The notes under the pieces: model-generated
The model's database searches: none
What the model saw: the letters and a program-made list of their open reading frames with translations, nothing else
Told to the model about the DNA's origin: nothing
Part shown: positions 11,210 to 22,227 of the stretch, piece by piece
How the letters are laid out: each line of letters begins with the position of its first letter
How positions within the stretch are numbered: position 1 is the stretch's first letter
NCBI GenBank assembly: GCA_963817895.1
Contig: CAWFQB010000014.1
Coordinates: forward strand, 288,001 to 352,000
Length of the DNA: 64,000 nucleotides
Reading direction: 5' to 3'
DNA from: an uncultured Chthonomonadaceae bacterium
GTDB taxonomy: Bacteria; Armatimonadota; Chthonomonadetes; Chthonomonadales; Chthonomonadaceae
Translations under genes and position numbers: made by a program

Positions 11210-11270
11210 CCCTTCTCCCGGGCTTTTTTGGAGAAGGGCAGTGTCCACAAGTGGACGCCCGGTTGAGGGC
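11210..11270. repeat. CCCTTCTCCC...GGAGAAGGG REP-like element with gtccacaagtggac hairpin
   Basis: Near-identical copy at 39934-39997; related copies at 43119-43166, 48672-48717 and 53677-53767. Confidence 0.75.
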
Positions 11271-11401
11271 ATCTTTGCATCATTGGAACATTTGACGTAC
11301 TCTTCTGCGTCCTTAAAAGAACAAGCGGCAGGTCAATTGCTGACACAACCCTGAACTTTCCACTGCCAACGCCTGTCAATCCATCCTTTGAGCGAATATC
11401 A

Positions 11402-11952
11402 ATGAACAAACTTGCAAAATTCTCCGACGCCGGAACAAGCCTGTCGCAGATGTCGTATCATCACATGCTGATGCTCCTGCTTAATGCCGTCGGCATTGGC
11501 TTGATTCTGGTAATTACCACGTTTCTGGAAATGAAGTATCTCAGCGGCTACGAGGCGCAATTCACCCCGGATGCGGACGATGATGACGACGACGGAGGGC
11601 GGCTCTCCTGTAAAAGTGAAAGCCGAAAAGCGCGGGCAAAGACGATACGCTGCAAATGTTTCTGGGAGCCTCCAACCTGCTCTTTCTATGCGTGGGCTTG
11701 ACGGGACTGATGCTGCTGGTCAACGACAATCTGGCCCGCGCCTTTGCCATTGCCGCTGCTATCGCCCTCGTCCGGTTCCGCGTCAAACTGGATCAGAAAA
11801 GCATCAACGCCTCCCTGCTGTTCGCCATTCTTGCGGGTATGGCCTGCGGCCTGGACGCGATCGAACTGGCGTGGACATCCACCGGCATCTATATCGCGCT
11901 GTTTGCGTTGCTTCTGCTATTCGTGCAGTTCATCAAGCCGAAAACGCCGTAA
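11402..11952 (+). CDS. DUF4956-like membrane protein (frameshifted)
   Basis: ARAFAIAAAIALVRFRVKL...LFAILAGMACG motif in ORF 11656-11952; N-terminus in ORF starting 11402. Confidence 0.65.
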
Positions 11953-12021
11953 GTCCACAGCAGCCGCCCACCTTCTCAAATCGACGCCTGACAAGTCATC
12001 TACAAACATAAGGAAGCCTAC

Positions 12022-13145
12022 GTGGAACTTTTGACGCAGCCTGGTTCCGGTATCAAGCCCCTTCTCAGCGGCATTGACCAGGCCAAAGAAACTATCCAGA
12101 TCGTTATTTTCCGGTTCGACAGGGGCGAGATCGAAGCCGCGCTTTCCCGCGCGGCGCGGCGCGGGGTGTTTGTCCATGCCCTTGTCGCGTATACCAGCAC
12201 GGGGCAGGGCGGTGAGCGCACCCTGCGCAATCTGGAAATGCGACTGCTTTCCGACGGCGTGAGCGTGGCGCGTACCGCAACCGACCTGGTTCGCTACCAC
12301 GACAAATTGATGATCGTGGATAAGCAGAAACTGTTCATGCTCGGCTTCAACTATACCTATATTGACATTGAGCGCAGCCGCAGTTTCGGCATTGCCACGG
12401 AAAAGTCCGAATGGGTAGAGGAGGCGGAAAAACTGTTCCTTGCTGACGCCACGCGCCAGACCTATACCCCGACGTGCGACACGTTTCTGGTCAGTCCGGG
12501 CAACTCGCGCGCGCAGCTTACCCAATTCATTCAGGCCGCAAAGAAACAATTGTTGATCTACGACGGCAAACTGTCCGATCCCGAAATGATGCGCCTGCTG
12601 ATGCACAAGGCAAAAGAGGGCGTTGAAATTCGCGTTATCGGCAAGGCAGGGAAACACTCGCCCGGCATCGTTGTCGCGCCCCTCGACATGCGCCTTCACG
12701 CCCAGGCGATCGTGCGCGATGGCGAACAGATGTATCTCGGCAGCCAGAGCCTCCGCGCTCTGGAACTTGATCAACGCCGCGAAGTGGGCTGTATTCTGGA
12801 TGATAAAGACATTATTCAGAAAGTTCTGTCTACGTTTGAAGCGGACTGGGGCCGCATCAAAAACCGGCAGGATGTGCCACTTAACGGAGGCGGAAATCGA
12901 GGCGGATGACTCCACGCCCAATGTTACTGAATTGCCGCCGCAGCCACTTCCTGCCGCTTCCCTGCCCCCGGCCACTGCTGGTCAAAGAGGCGGTCAAAGA
13001 GGCCATCAAAGACATTCTGCTGGAAAACCTGCCCGAAACCCCGGAAACCAAAGCCATCAAAGAGGCGGTCAAGGAAGCCGCCAAAGAAGCCGTGCGCGAA
13101 GTGACGGGAACGCTGGATATAGAGAATAGCGGAGTGGTGCAGTAG
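12022..13145 (+). CDS. Phospholipase D-like protein with two PLD domains (C-terminal tail probably frameshifted)
   Basis: YHDKLMIVD...GFNY and degenerate LHAQAIVRD...GSQS motifs; KEAVKEA-repeat tail in ORF 12906-13145 probably belongs to the same gene. Confidence 0.75.
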
Positions 13146-13217
13146 GAAGCCTTGTAACAAGTATGAACCTTGTTGCCCCTACATCCCAATAACCTACTCC
13201 TACTCCCCTGTTTCCTG

Positions 13218-13247
13218 TTGACTTCCCATAGCAAATTGTGCTAAACT
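13218..13247 (+). promoter_or_regulatory. sigma70-type promoter of rpsO
   Basis: TTGACT-18 nt-TAAACT with TG extended -10, upstream of AAGGAGG RBS. Confidence 0.6.
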
Positions 13248-13281
13248 GTGGGGTAATAGGTTCAATAAGGAGGTTTCACGA

Positions 13282-13557
13282 GTGCCGCTGAAGAAAGATA
13301 TGAAAAAAGACGTTATTGTTGGCAACGCCGTAACTGAAGGCGATACTGGTTCTGCCGAAGTGCAGGTCGCGCTGCTGACCGCCCGCATCAATCAACTGAC
13401 CGATCACCTGCGCGAACATAAGCACGATCACCACTCCCGCCGGGGCCTGTTTATGATGGTCGGACGCCGCAAGCGGATGCTGTCGTACCTGGTCAAGACC
13501 GACATTGACCGCTATCGCGCCCTGGTCGGCAAGCTGAGCATCCGCAGCAAAATTTAA
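13282..13557 (+). CDS. rpsO: 30S ribosomal protein S15
   Basis: [47 protein letters not shown]. Confidence 0.98.
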   Translation: MPLKKDMKKDVIVGNAVTEGDTGSAEVQVALLTARINQLTDHLREHKHDHHSRRGLFMMVGRRKRMLSYLVKTDIDRYRALVGKLSIRSKI

Positions 13558-13979
13558 TCGCGCTTTGGCGCATTTTTCTGTGCCTTTGTACCGACAGGCA
13601 TACTATTTCGGACATTCGCTATTATCTGCTTGAATGTCCGGCAAGGTTGTCGGGGCGATTATTCCCGGCAAACGCCCTATCGGCAGTCGGCTATTCTTCG
13701 TATTCGGATGCTTTTTCGACGAGAACGCCAGGGTTCAGGGTAAGCGGATTTAACCGTCCGTTTTCCCTGACCCCTCCTATTTCTTTTCGGTCTCCTGCAA
13801 TCCTCCCGGAATGCCGACTGCCTTTGCTCACTTATGGCAGGGATGCTTCGGTGTCCGTCCTTTATCCCGCTTTGTCCGTTGTCCCGATTGCTGTACATTC
13901 GGGCTTTTGCCCGATGGACTGCAGAGCCGGCGGATAGCAGACTACGGGAACGTCCTGCCCTACCCTTCAGGAGAATACG

Positions 13980-16315
13980 TTGTCTATCACCGTCGAACGC
14001 GAATTGGCCGGACGGACCCTGCGCCTGGAAACAGGCAAAGTCGCCAAACAGGCCAACGGCGCGGTTTGGCTTTATCAGGGCGACACCATTGTTATGGCGA
14101 CCGCTACCATGAGCCAGGAACCCCGCCTCGGAACCGATTTCTTTCCCCTTACCTGTGATTATGAAGAGCGCAAATACGCGGTTGGTAAAATCCCCGGCGG
14201 CTTTGTCAAGCGCGGCGGCAGGCCCTCCGAAAAAGCCGTTCTCACTTCCCGTCTGATTGACCGCCCGCTTCGCCCCCTGTTTCCCGATGGCATGCGCAAC
14301 GATGTTCAGGTGATTGCCCTGCCCCTCAGCGTGGATCCCGATAACCTTTCCGACACCCTCGCGATGGTCGCTGCCAGCGCCGCCCTGACCGTTTCCAATA
14401 TCCCTTTCGATGGCCCCATCGGAGCCGTGCGCGTGGGACGCGTCAACGGCGAACTGATGATGAACCCACCCTGTCCCAACTCGCCGAGTCGGACATGGAT
14501 CTGGTCGTTTCGGGAACCAAAAAAGCCGTCCTGATGATCGAGGCCGGCACGAAGTTCGTCAGCGAAACCGATCTGCTGAGCGCCATTGACGCCGCGCATG
14601 AAATGATCGGGCTGCAGTGCGAAATGCAGGAAGAACTGGCAGCCAAAGTGGGCGTTACAAAGCTGGAAGTCGAACTTCACCTGCCCGCCGAAGACATTAT
14701 GCAGGCCATTCACGACCGCATGGACGCCAACATTCGCGCCACCATTCAGAACCCGGACAAAGCCGCCCGCGAGTCGGCTATCGGCGACCTGAAAAAAGAG
14801 ATTGTCGCGTCCCTGCTGGCGGATTTCCCCGACAAGAAAAGCGACATTGCCGAAGCGGCGGAAAAAGCCGTCAAGCACCAGATTCGCGCCCTCATCATCG
14901 AGGAGGGCATTCGTCCCGATGGCCGCAAGGTGGACGAGATTCGCCCGATTACGTGCGAAGTCGGCCTGCTGCCCCGCGTACACGGAACCGGCCTGTTCAC
15001 GCGCGGACAGACGCAGGTTCTGACGTGCCTGACACTGGGCGCGACCAGCGAAGCGCAGGTCGTGGACAACCTGGAAGTGGACGAGAAGAAGCAGTACATG
15101 CACTACTACAACTTCGCGCCCTATTCCGTTGGCGAAGCGCGCCCGCTGCGCGGGCCGGGACGGCGCGAAATCGGACACGGCGCGCTTGCCGAGCGCGCCC
15201 TGGTTCCCGTCCTGCCGCCCATCGAAAACTTCCCCTACGCCATGCTGCTGCAAAGCGAAGTGCTGGAATGCAACGGCTCCACATCTATGGCGTCCGTGTG
15301 CGGTTCCACGCTTGCCCTGATGGACGCGGGCGTGAAAATATCCGCGCCCGGTTGCGGGTATCGCGATGGGACTGATGACGCTGGATGATAAGTTCGCCGT
15401 GCTTTCCGACATTCAGGGCATGGAAGACTTTTCCGGCGACATGGACTTCAAGGTGGCCGGAACCGCCGAAGGCGTCACCGCCATTCAGCTGGACTGCAAA
15501 ATTCAGGGACTGCCCCGCGAAGTGATGGTGCAGGCGCTGGAACAGGCGCGCATCGGCCGCCTGCATATTCTGGGCAAAATCACGGACGCTATTGCCGCGC
15601 CCCGCGAACACCTGAGCAAGTACGCGCCCAGCATCTTCACCATCGAGATCAACCCGGAACGCATCGGTGAGGTCATCGGCCCAGGCGGCAAGATGATTAA
15701 GAAGATCACGGCCGATACCGGCGCGCAGATTGACATTCAGCAGGACGGCAAAATCTTTATCGCGGCTGTGGATCAGGAAGCGGGCCGGCGGGCTGCCGAC
15801 ATCATTCTGGGCATGGTCGGCGAAATGGAAGTCGGCGGACTGTTCACCGGCAAAGTGACCCGGCTTATCGGCATGGGCGCGTTCGTGGAAATTATGCCCG
15901 GACGCGAAGGGCTTGTGCATGTCAGCCATCTGCAAGAATCCGCCCGTGCGCCGTCCCGAAGAGGCGGTCAAGGTGGGCGACGAGATTCAGGTGCGCGTGA
16001 TTGAAGTGGACCAGCAGGGACGCATCAACCTGTCGGCCATCAATCTGGATCAGCCGTTCGACCCGAACATGGCGAAGCGCCCCGATGATGGACGCCCGCC
16101 CCGTGACCGCAACGACCGGGGTGGAGATCGTGGCGGCGGCGGACGCTTTGGCGACCGTGACAGAGGCGGAGACAGAGGCGGAGGTGGCGGCGGCGGACGC
16201 TTTGGCGACCGGGACCGAGGCCCGCGCCCGGAACCGCACCCCACAGCCGCAAGCCCCGCCGGACGAAGACGAAGGCGACGACGTGCCAAAAGCCCGCTTC
16301 CGTCCCCGCCGCTAG
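13980..16315 (+). CDS. pnp: Polyribonucleotide nucleotidyltransferase (split by several frameshifts)
   Basis: [52 protein letters not shown]-like [24 protein letters not shown] and S1 domains across ORFs 13980, 14495, 15366, 15913, 16001; follows rpsO. Confidence 0.96.
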
Positions 16316-16670
16316 GGAATACGGAATACAGAATATGGGAATATGAGACTTCAGCCAAATTCCTGAACCCCGAGACACCTGAATACCTGAACACCAAACT
16401 GCAGCCGACTGGATAGTCTGCTGCGGTTCATTTTATTTTGGAACAAGCCGTCTATTAAGGCCGTCCTTGCAGCGATAGCGGAAGATGACAGCAGGCTGGT
16501 TCCCGTTCAAACATTGAACGCTATACGCCAATCGAATTGTAGGAACAATCAGAAAGCACAGTCGCCTTTCTCTTGTCTCAGCGCATGAAAATGCCGGTAC
16601 GCATTTTGAAGCGGTTCGCTCCAGACGGCGAATCCCGTATCAGGCACAGTAACACAGAGGAGTTCCACCC

Positions 16671-17012
16671 ATGGCAGTCAAACGCGCGCAGGAAGCGAAT
16701 ACCGCCTCCCAACAGGAAACAGATAATCAACCCCGTGAACACGACTCGTCGCAGCAGGATGCGGGCGGACGAGGCTGGCACGGAAACCCGGAGGGCCACG
16801 CCGCTGCTGGACGCAAGGGCGGGCAGAAAGTGGCCCGTGACCGCGACCACATGGCCGCTATCGGACGCAAGGGCGGCGAAGCCGTTTCCCGCGACCGGCA
16901 GCACATGGCGGATATAGGCCGTAAGGGTGGGCAGTCGCGAGGGGAAGTGGCGACAGCCGGGGAACCGCAGCCGGTAATTCGTACGCCTCTCACAGGCAGG
17001 CGTAAGGAATAG
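16671..17012 (+). CDS. KGG-repeat general stress protein (YciG/GsiB-like)
   Basis: Repeated GRKGG motifs (DRDHMAAIGRKGG, DRQHMADIGRKGG). Confidence 0.85.
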   Translation: MAVKRAQEANTASQQETDNQPREHDSSQQDAGGRGWHGNPEGHAAAGRKGGQKVARDRDHMAAIGRKGGEAVSRDRQHMADIGRKGGQSRGEVATAGEPQPVIRTPLTGRRKE

Positions 17013-17290
17013 GTTTGAAGCCTGTTCCTTACGCCTGCTGTGATTTAGCCTGTTTCATGCCGACACGAAAAAAATATGGGTTTCCATGTCATTCCCGGCA
17101 AATATCCGCCCCAAAAGCAGGAATTCGCCGAGAATTGCTGTGTAATCTACCGGACAGTAGGCAAATTACGCGCGTTTCTCGCGCTATATTTGCCAGCAAC
17201 TCGAAATCAAACGCGGCGGAAAGCCTCGTGACTGGCTTTCCGCGCCATCGGTACGCCCCGACAGCGCCACGAGGTAGGAGTATTGCGTTC

Positions 17291-17878
17291 ATGGACCCAT
17301 TAAAAGCAGTGATTGCAGAAGATGAGCAACTGACCCGCACAATTATTCGCGCGCGTCTGGAAAAACTCGGCCATACCGTGATTGCGGAAGCAGGCGACGG
17401 CGCGCAGGCCATTGAAGCGGCGCGTATCCACAAGCCCGATGTCATTATCATGGACATCAAAATGCCGGTCATGGACGGCATCGAGGCGGCGCGGCGCATT
17501 TTGAACGAAACGCCCTGCGCCATTCTGTTCCTGAGCAGCTTCAACGAGCAGGAACTGGTCGAGCAGGCCAGCGATACCGGCGCGCTCGCGTACCTGATGA
17601 AGCCGTTCCGCAAAGAAGACCTCGCGCCCGCGCTGGAAATGGCGGTGCGCCGCTTCCGGCAGATCATGTCGCAGTCCAAAGAGATCGAAGAGCTGAAGGA
17701 GACGCTGGAAACGCGCAAACTGATCGAGCGCGCCAAAGGCATTCTGATGGATCGGCATCGCATGAGCGAAGAGGAAGCGTTCAAGCGCATCCACTTCCAG
17801 GCGCGTAACCAGAACAAGAAAATGCGCGAAATCGCCCAAAGCATCATCACGGCGGCAGACCTTGATCTAAATGGGTGA
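17291..17878 (+). CDS. ANTAR-domain response regulator
   Basis: IAEDE...PDVIIMDIKMP receiver plus RKLIERAKGILM...SEEEAF ANTAR domain; ATG at 17291 after GAGGTAGGAG. Confidence 0.92.
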   Translation: MDPLKAVIAEDEQLTRTIIRARLEKLGHTVIAEAGDGAQAIEAARIHKPDVIIMDIKMPVMDGIEAARRILNETPCAILFLSSFNEQELVEQASDTGALAYLMKPFRKEDLAPALEMAVRRFRQIMSQSKEIEELKETLETRKLIERAKGILMDRHRMSEEEAFKRIHFQARNQNKKMREIAQSIITAADLDLNG

Positions 17879-17960
17879 GGAGACAGTTCGCTGTTCCCTG
17901 TGTTCCAATCAACATAGAGAACGTATCAACTATCAACTACAGCAGGGATGAGGATAAAGG

Positions 17961-18625
17961 ATGAGGGATGAAGGCGTCACTTCCGAGGGGCCGCATTTGA
18001 TATTGGCGTCTGCTTCGCCGCGCCGGAAAGAGCTGATCGCGCTGCTCGGGCTGCCGTTCACGGTGGTTCCAAGCCGCTATGAGGAGCCGCCCGCGCCCCC
18101 GTATCGCTGTTGACCTGCCCTGCCTTCGTGATGCAGCTTGCGGCGAACAAAGCGCAGGAGGTGGCTTCTCGCGTTCCAGGCGGCCTGGTGCTGGGCGCGG
18201 ATACTCTGGTGACGGCGGACGATGGCGATTGGGGCGTTCCGCTTGGCAAACCCGCCGATGATCGGGACGCGTTGCGGATGCTGCAATTGCTGTCAGGGCG
18301 CGTCCATCGCGTGTATACGGGCGTCGCCCTCCTCACCGCAGGCCGCAACGATTGGAGCGCCCCTCATGCCACGTCTGCCGTCTGTACGCGCGTCCGCTTT
18401 CGCGAACTCTCCGAGCAAATGATAGTGGACTATATCGCAACCGGGGAACCACGCGACAAAGCGGGCGCATACGGGGCGCAGGGCTATGCCGCCCCGTTCA
18501 TTGAAAGTTTCGAGGGCGATTTTTTCAACGTGGTCGGCCTGCCGCTATGTGAAGTGGGCCGATTGCTGGAAAGCCTGAATATCCCCTGGTGGCAGCACCG
18601 AAAGTTTATGCCTGGCGGAAGTTAA
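17961..18625 (+). CDS. maf: Maf family nucleotide pyrophosphatase (one frameshift)
   Basis: [13 protein letters not shown] in the frame from 17961, then VLGADT, GKP, DKAGAYG, NVVGLP in ORF 18110-18625. Confidence 0.9.
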
Positions 18626-19162
18626 AACATCCTAAAACACCAGGTTTTTACAAAATTTGCTGACACTCTTGACAGAAGTTCGTAAAATCGAAAATAATGA
18701 ACTATAGTGACCTGACTGAACATAGCGGCAAAGCTGCCACGCCTGTGAAGAACACATCCTAACTCTGGATGGAATTCTTTTCCAGTTGCGTGGTTTTTCC
18801 TGTTTTCAGCTTTGAGTTCAGAGAGACAACAATAACAAGAAAGAGGGTGATTTCAACTTACATTGGAACATTTGTGTCAGTAATGGCGTCCATAAAGAGA
18901 GAATTCGCGTTTCGTCATATCTGCTCTTCTTAATATTTTCTTAAACATGAGTTATTCGACGAATAAAACAACGCATGTTCCGCGTTCCAGCCATCTTGAA
19001 GTCATGAGGAACCCATCCATCGCGTGACAATCAGAACCCTTGCGAATGTTTTCACAGGAAGTAATCCCCTGCTGTTACTTTCGCAATCGCCATAACGCTA
19101 GTTCTCGTTGTTCGCGCCCGGTTTTCCGCTGTCAGGAAAACCATTCGACCTACGGAGAAAAA

Positions 19163-20015
19163 ATGATGAAGCAAAACCGCAGATCAGGTTTTACCCTGAT
19201 CGAGCTGCTCGTCGTGATCGCGATCATCGCGATTCTCGCGGCAATTCTGTTCCCCGTTTTCGCGCAGGCTCGCGAAAAAGCCCGCCAGACCAGTTGTATC
19301 AGCAACAACAAACAATTGGGACTGGGCGTGATAATGTACCAGCAGGACTATGATGAATCGATGCCGCGTTTCATCACGACGACTGCGGAATCCACCCCGC
19401 TTACTATAACAAATCGTCAAACGGCCTTCATCTTCGCGCAACCGTACATTAAGAACAAACAGTTGCTGAAATGTCCGGATATGCCGGATGATGGCATCTG
19501 GAAAAACGCTTACGATTCCAATGTCGCGATCTGGGGGGGCTATGCCTTCAACGTAGACTACATGATGTACTCTGCCGACTGTAGCGATTTTGGCACCGCC
19601 GCTAATCCCAACTCGGGACCTCCGACGCCGATAGCGCTGATCCAGAAGCCTGCGGAAACGGTTATGTTCGGTGGCGCGGCGCTTGCCAATGGACCGGGTT
19701 CCTTTTCCGGCGCCAACTCTCTGTATCCCGAAGGTGGCGGTTACTACTTCCTCTTAGCCCCTGCCACGCTGACCACACCCGAAGGCTGCACCTATAGCAA
19801 CGGCGGTTGGGGAACAGGGCAGTTTCATGGGACCGTACGGCGGGTTTGAACAGCCTCGGCATGGCAGCATGGTCGGAACGATCACCTTCTGTGACGGCCA
19901 TAGCAAAGCCATGAACGCGGGCCGCGCCGCAGCCGGAACCAACTGGACGCCGACAACTCCCAACTCTTCCATCGTCGTCACGGATCGCAACCAATACATA
20001 TGGGACCTTCAATAA
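19163..20015 (+). CDS. Prepilin-type N-methylation / DUF1559 / H-X9-DG protein (one frameshift)
   Basis: [41 protein letters not shown]-terminal [17 protein letters not shown] in ORF 19827-20015. Confidence 0.88.
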
Positions 20016-20206
20016 TGAACAAAACTGCTCTTGCTCTTGCCGCTGTTCTCCTGTTGGCTATCTCCCTTACCGGATGTGGCTCTAAAGGCGATGACGACGC
20101 CAATAAACCCCCGCCCGTCAGCGCGAATGCGAAACCCGACCCGACAAATACTGGTAAAAAGGCCACGACAAAGACGCTTGCGCCAACCACGGAAATGGCT
20201 AAATAA
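20015..20206 (+). CDS. Small lipoprotein
   Basis: [21 protein letters not shown] lipobox; TAATG overlap with upstream gene. Confidence 0.75.
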   Translation: MNKTALALAAVLLLAISLTGCGSKGDDDANKPPPVSANAKPDPTNTGKKATTKTLAPTTEMAK

Positions 20207-20279
20207 CCTCTTCTACCTGTTAAGCAGCTATTGGAAATTTCGGTACTTCCAATAGCTGCTTTCCATTCCATTGACGACC

Positions 20280-20486
20280 ATGCGAAAATCCAGAATCAGT
20301 AATCGCGTCATTCTGTTTTCTTTTCTGTTGGGCTTGCTCCTGCTTGTAATTATAGCGCGCGTGTACTACATGCCACATACGGACGAGTACCAGTTCCGTA
20401 CTCCGCCCCCCGGCCCCAACGCCCGTCCGGATAAACCTAACGCGGAAAAGCTAAAGAAGTTGCCGGGCGCAACCCACGCAGGTTAA
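20280..20486 (+). CDS. Small single-TM membrane protein
   Basis: MRKSRISNRVILFSFLLGLLLLVIIARVYY followed by Pro-rich tail. Confidence 0.55.
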   Translation: MRKSRISNRVILFSFLLGLLLLVIIARVYYMPHTDEYQFRTPPPGPNARPDKPNAEKLKKLPGATHAG

Positions 20487-20526
20487 CCCCCACAGGACGG
20501 AAACCCGCCTATGTTTACGCCACATA

Positions 20527-20563
20527 AAACCGGGCCGCGAATGTTTCATTCGCGGCCCGGTTT
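20527..20563. terminator. Probable bidirectional intrinsic terminator
   Basis: aaaccgggccgcgaatg-ttt-cattcgcggcccggttt hairpin between convergent genes. Confidence 0.7.
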
Positions 20564-20624
20564 GCATGGGCTTGATAAATCAAGCCCCTACAAGTTGAGC
20601 TTTTCACGCGCAATATAGTAGCGT

Positions 20625-21672
20625 TTACGTATGCGCGTCGCTGAGTTTGGCGTCTTTGACGACGTTGACCCAGGTATGCACGTGAGGCGCGCCCCGGAAG
20701 TGCCAGACCAGCCCCGGCCCTTCCAGACGCCAGATGTCCCACACGCCGTCATTGCCCAGATCGTCCTGCTTGTAGAACGACAGATGAATTTTGTCCAGAC
20801 CGCCGTTCGCCGCAATGTCGCGCATCGCCTCATCGGCGTCGGAGGGGCGATAGGGTGACAGCAGATCGCGCATCACGGATTTGACGAGCGCCTTCTGGTC
20901 ACGGGACAGTTCGCCGATGGCGATGCCGGGGAACATGCCGTCCTTGCCCTGCAAATCAATCTTGCTTTCCGCCGGGAGCTTTGTCGAGCAGGGCAATAGC
21001 GCGCTGCTTGCCGTCGAGCGCGGTAAACACGGCGTTCGCCTTCTGGACTGCTGCCAGTAGATGTTGCCCGCGTGGTCGGGGTTTTCGGTCTCCTTCACCG
21101 CATGGCCGTAGAAGATCGGCCCGCCAAACGCCGCGTTCTGGTTGGAGTGTCCGTCCGCGCGCAGCGTGACATGCCGCCCGGTCAGCACGAACTCGAACTT
21201 GCCCGTTTTCGGCGATCCGAACAGCGCGGCGTAGTAGTTCTGCAATCCGCCCGCGTCGCCCTCCATCTGCTGCAGAATTTTGGGATACCACTCTTCGGTC
21301 GTCAGCCCGCGCAGAATCCCTTTAATCATCTCCTGCTGGTCGGCATTGAACTGCTTGCCGATGTTGTTTTTGACAATTCCCCAGTTGGCCTGCACCATGC
21401 TGCGTTTGGCGTGTTCCCAGGGCATGCACACGTCTGCCGTTTGCGCGGGCGTCAGGCTGTCGAACAGGGTTTTCACCAGCGTTTCCGGGCTGCGTCTTTG
21501 CCGCCACCGCGCTGCCTGCCCCGTGTTCCTGCGCGAACGCGGACGCGGTTCCTGCCAGCCCGCTTCCCACCGCAAGGCCGCCGAGCGTAATTCCCGCCGT
21601 CCGCAGAAAGTCGCGGCGATTCAACGGCGAAGCAGTCTGCAAACTCAGATTGTGTTTGAACTCTTTCGGCAT
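20625..21672 (-). CDS. Tat-exported DUF3500-like protein (frameshifted)
   Basis: LNRRDFLRTAG twin-arginine leader; YYAALFGSP, GRHVTLR, GGPIFYGH, WRLEGPGLVWHFRGAPHVHTW. Confidence 0.7.
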
Positions 21673-21704
21673 GTCAATTCCTTTTCCGATTGCGGCTCCG
21701 AGTC

Positions 21705-21734
21705 TTGACATTGCAGCGGCCGCTAATCTATACT
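21705..21734 (+). promoter_or_regulatory. sigma70-type promoter of clpS
   Basis: TTGACA-18 nt-TATACT. Confidence 0.55.
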
Positions 21735-21828
21735 TAACAGAGACAGTGTTCTCGCGCGCATGTTACCCGATTCTTGCCCCACGATGGAATCAATGCTTTG
21801 CAAGCAACGCTTTGAAGGAGAGTAAACG

Positions 21829-22140
21829 ATGCCCGCCAATGCGGAAGTTGCCGAACCGTTTATTGAAGAGCGCGTTCTGCCGGGATTTGAGGAGCAGGAC
21901 ACGCTCGACGATGGCCCCTACGTCGTAATTCTGTACAACGACGATTTTCACGAATTCGATGAGGTTGCTTCCCAACTGCAAAAAGCGACGGGCTACGACG
22001 CGCCCCATTGCGAACGCATCATGCTCGAAGCGCACACGCGCGGCAGAGCCATCGCCTATACGGGTTCTGCCGACGCCTGCGAACGCGCCGCCAACATCCT
22101 GCGCCAGATACGCCTTCAGGTGGAAACGGATAAATTTTGA
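21829..22140 (+). CDS. clpS: ATP-dependent Clp protease adaptor ClpS
   Basis: YVVILYNDDFHEFDEV...IMLEAHTRGRAI. Confidence 0.9.
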   Translation: MPANAEVAEPFIEERVLPGFEEQDTLDDGPYVVILYNDDFHEFDEVASQLQKATGYDAPHCERIMLEAHTRGRAIAYTGSADACERAANILRQIRLQVETDKF

Positions 22141-22227
22141 GGAGGTAGACGGGTAGGTAGGTAGATAAGTAGATGAGTAGTCTGATATTTATTGAGTTGC
22201 CGCCAATTTCTGAGTAGAACGGCATTT

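Noticed and set aside
13560..13979. ncRNA or small gene between rpsO and pnp
   Set aside because: Some hairpins are present but no recognisable RNA family or credible ORF; probably a pnp leader.
16080..16230. Gly/Arg/Asp-rich repeat as a separate element
   Set aside because: It is the low-complexity C-terminal tail of PNPase.
13980..16315. pnp and many other genes (tricorn, M42, maf, nagA, PSD1, DUF6785) as pseudogenes or programmed frameshifts
   Set aside because: Single-base indels are scattered through otherwise well-conserved genes with no shared slippery motif; long-read assembly error is the simplest explanation.
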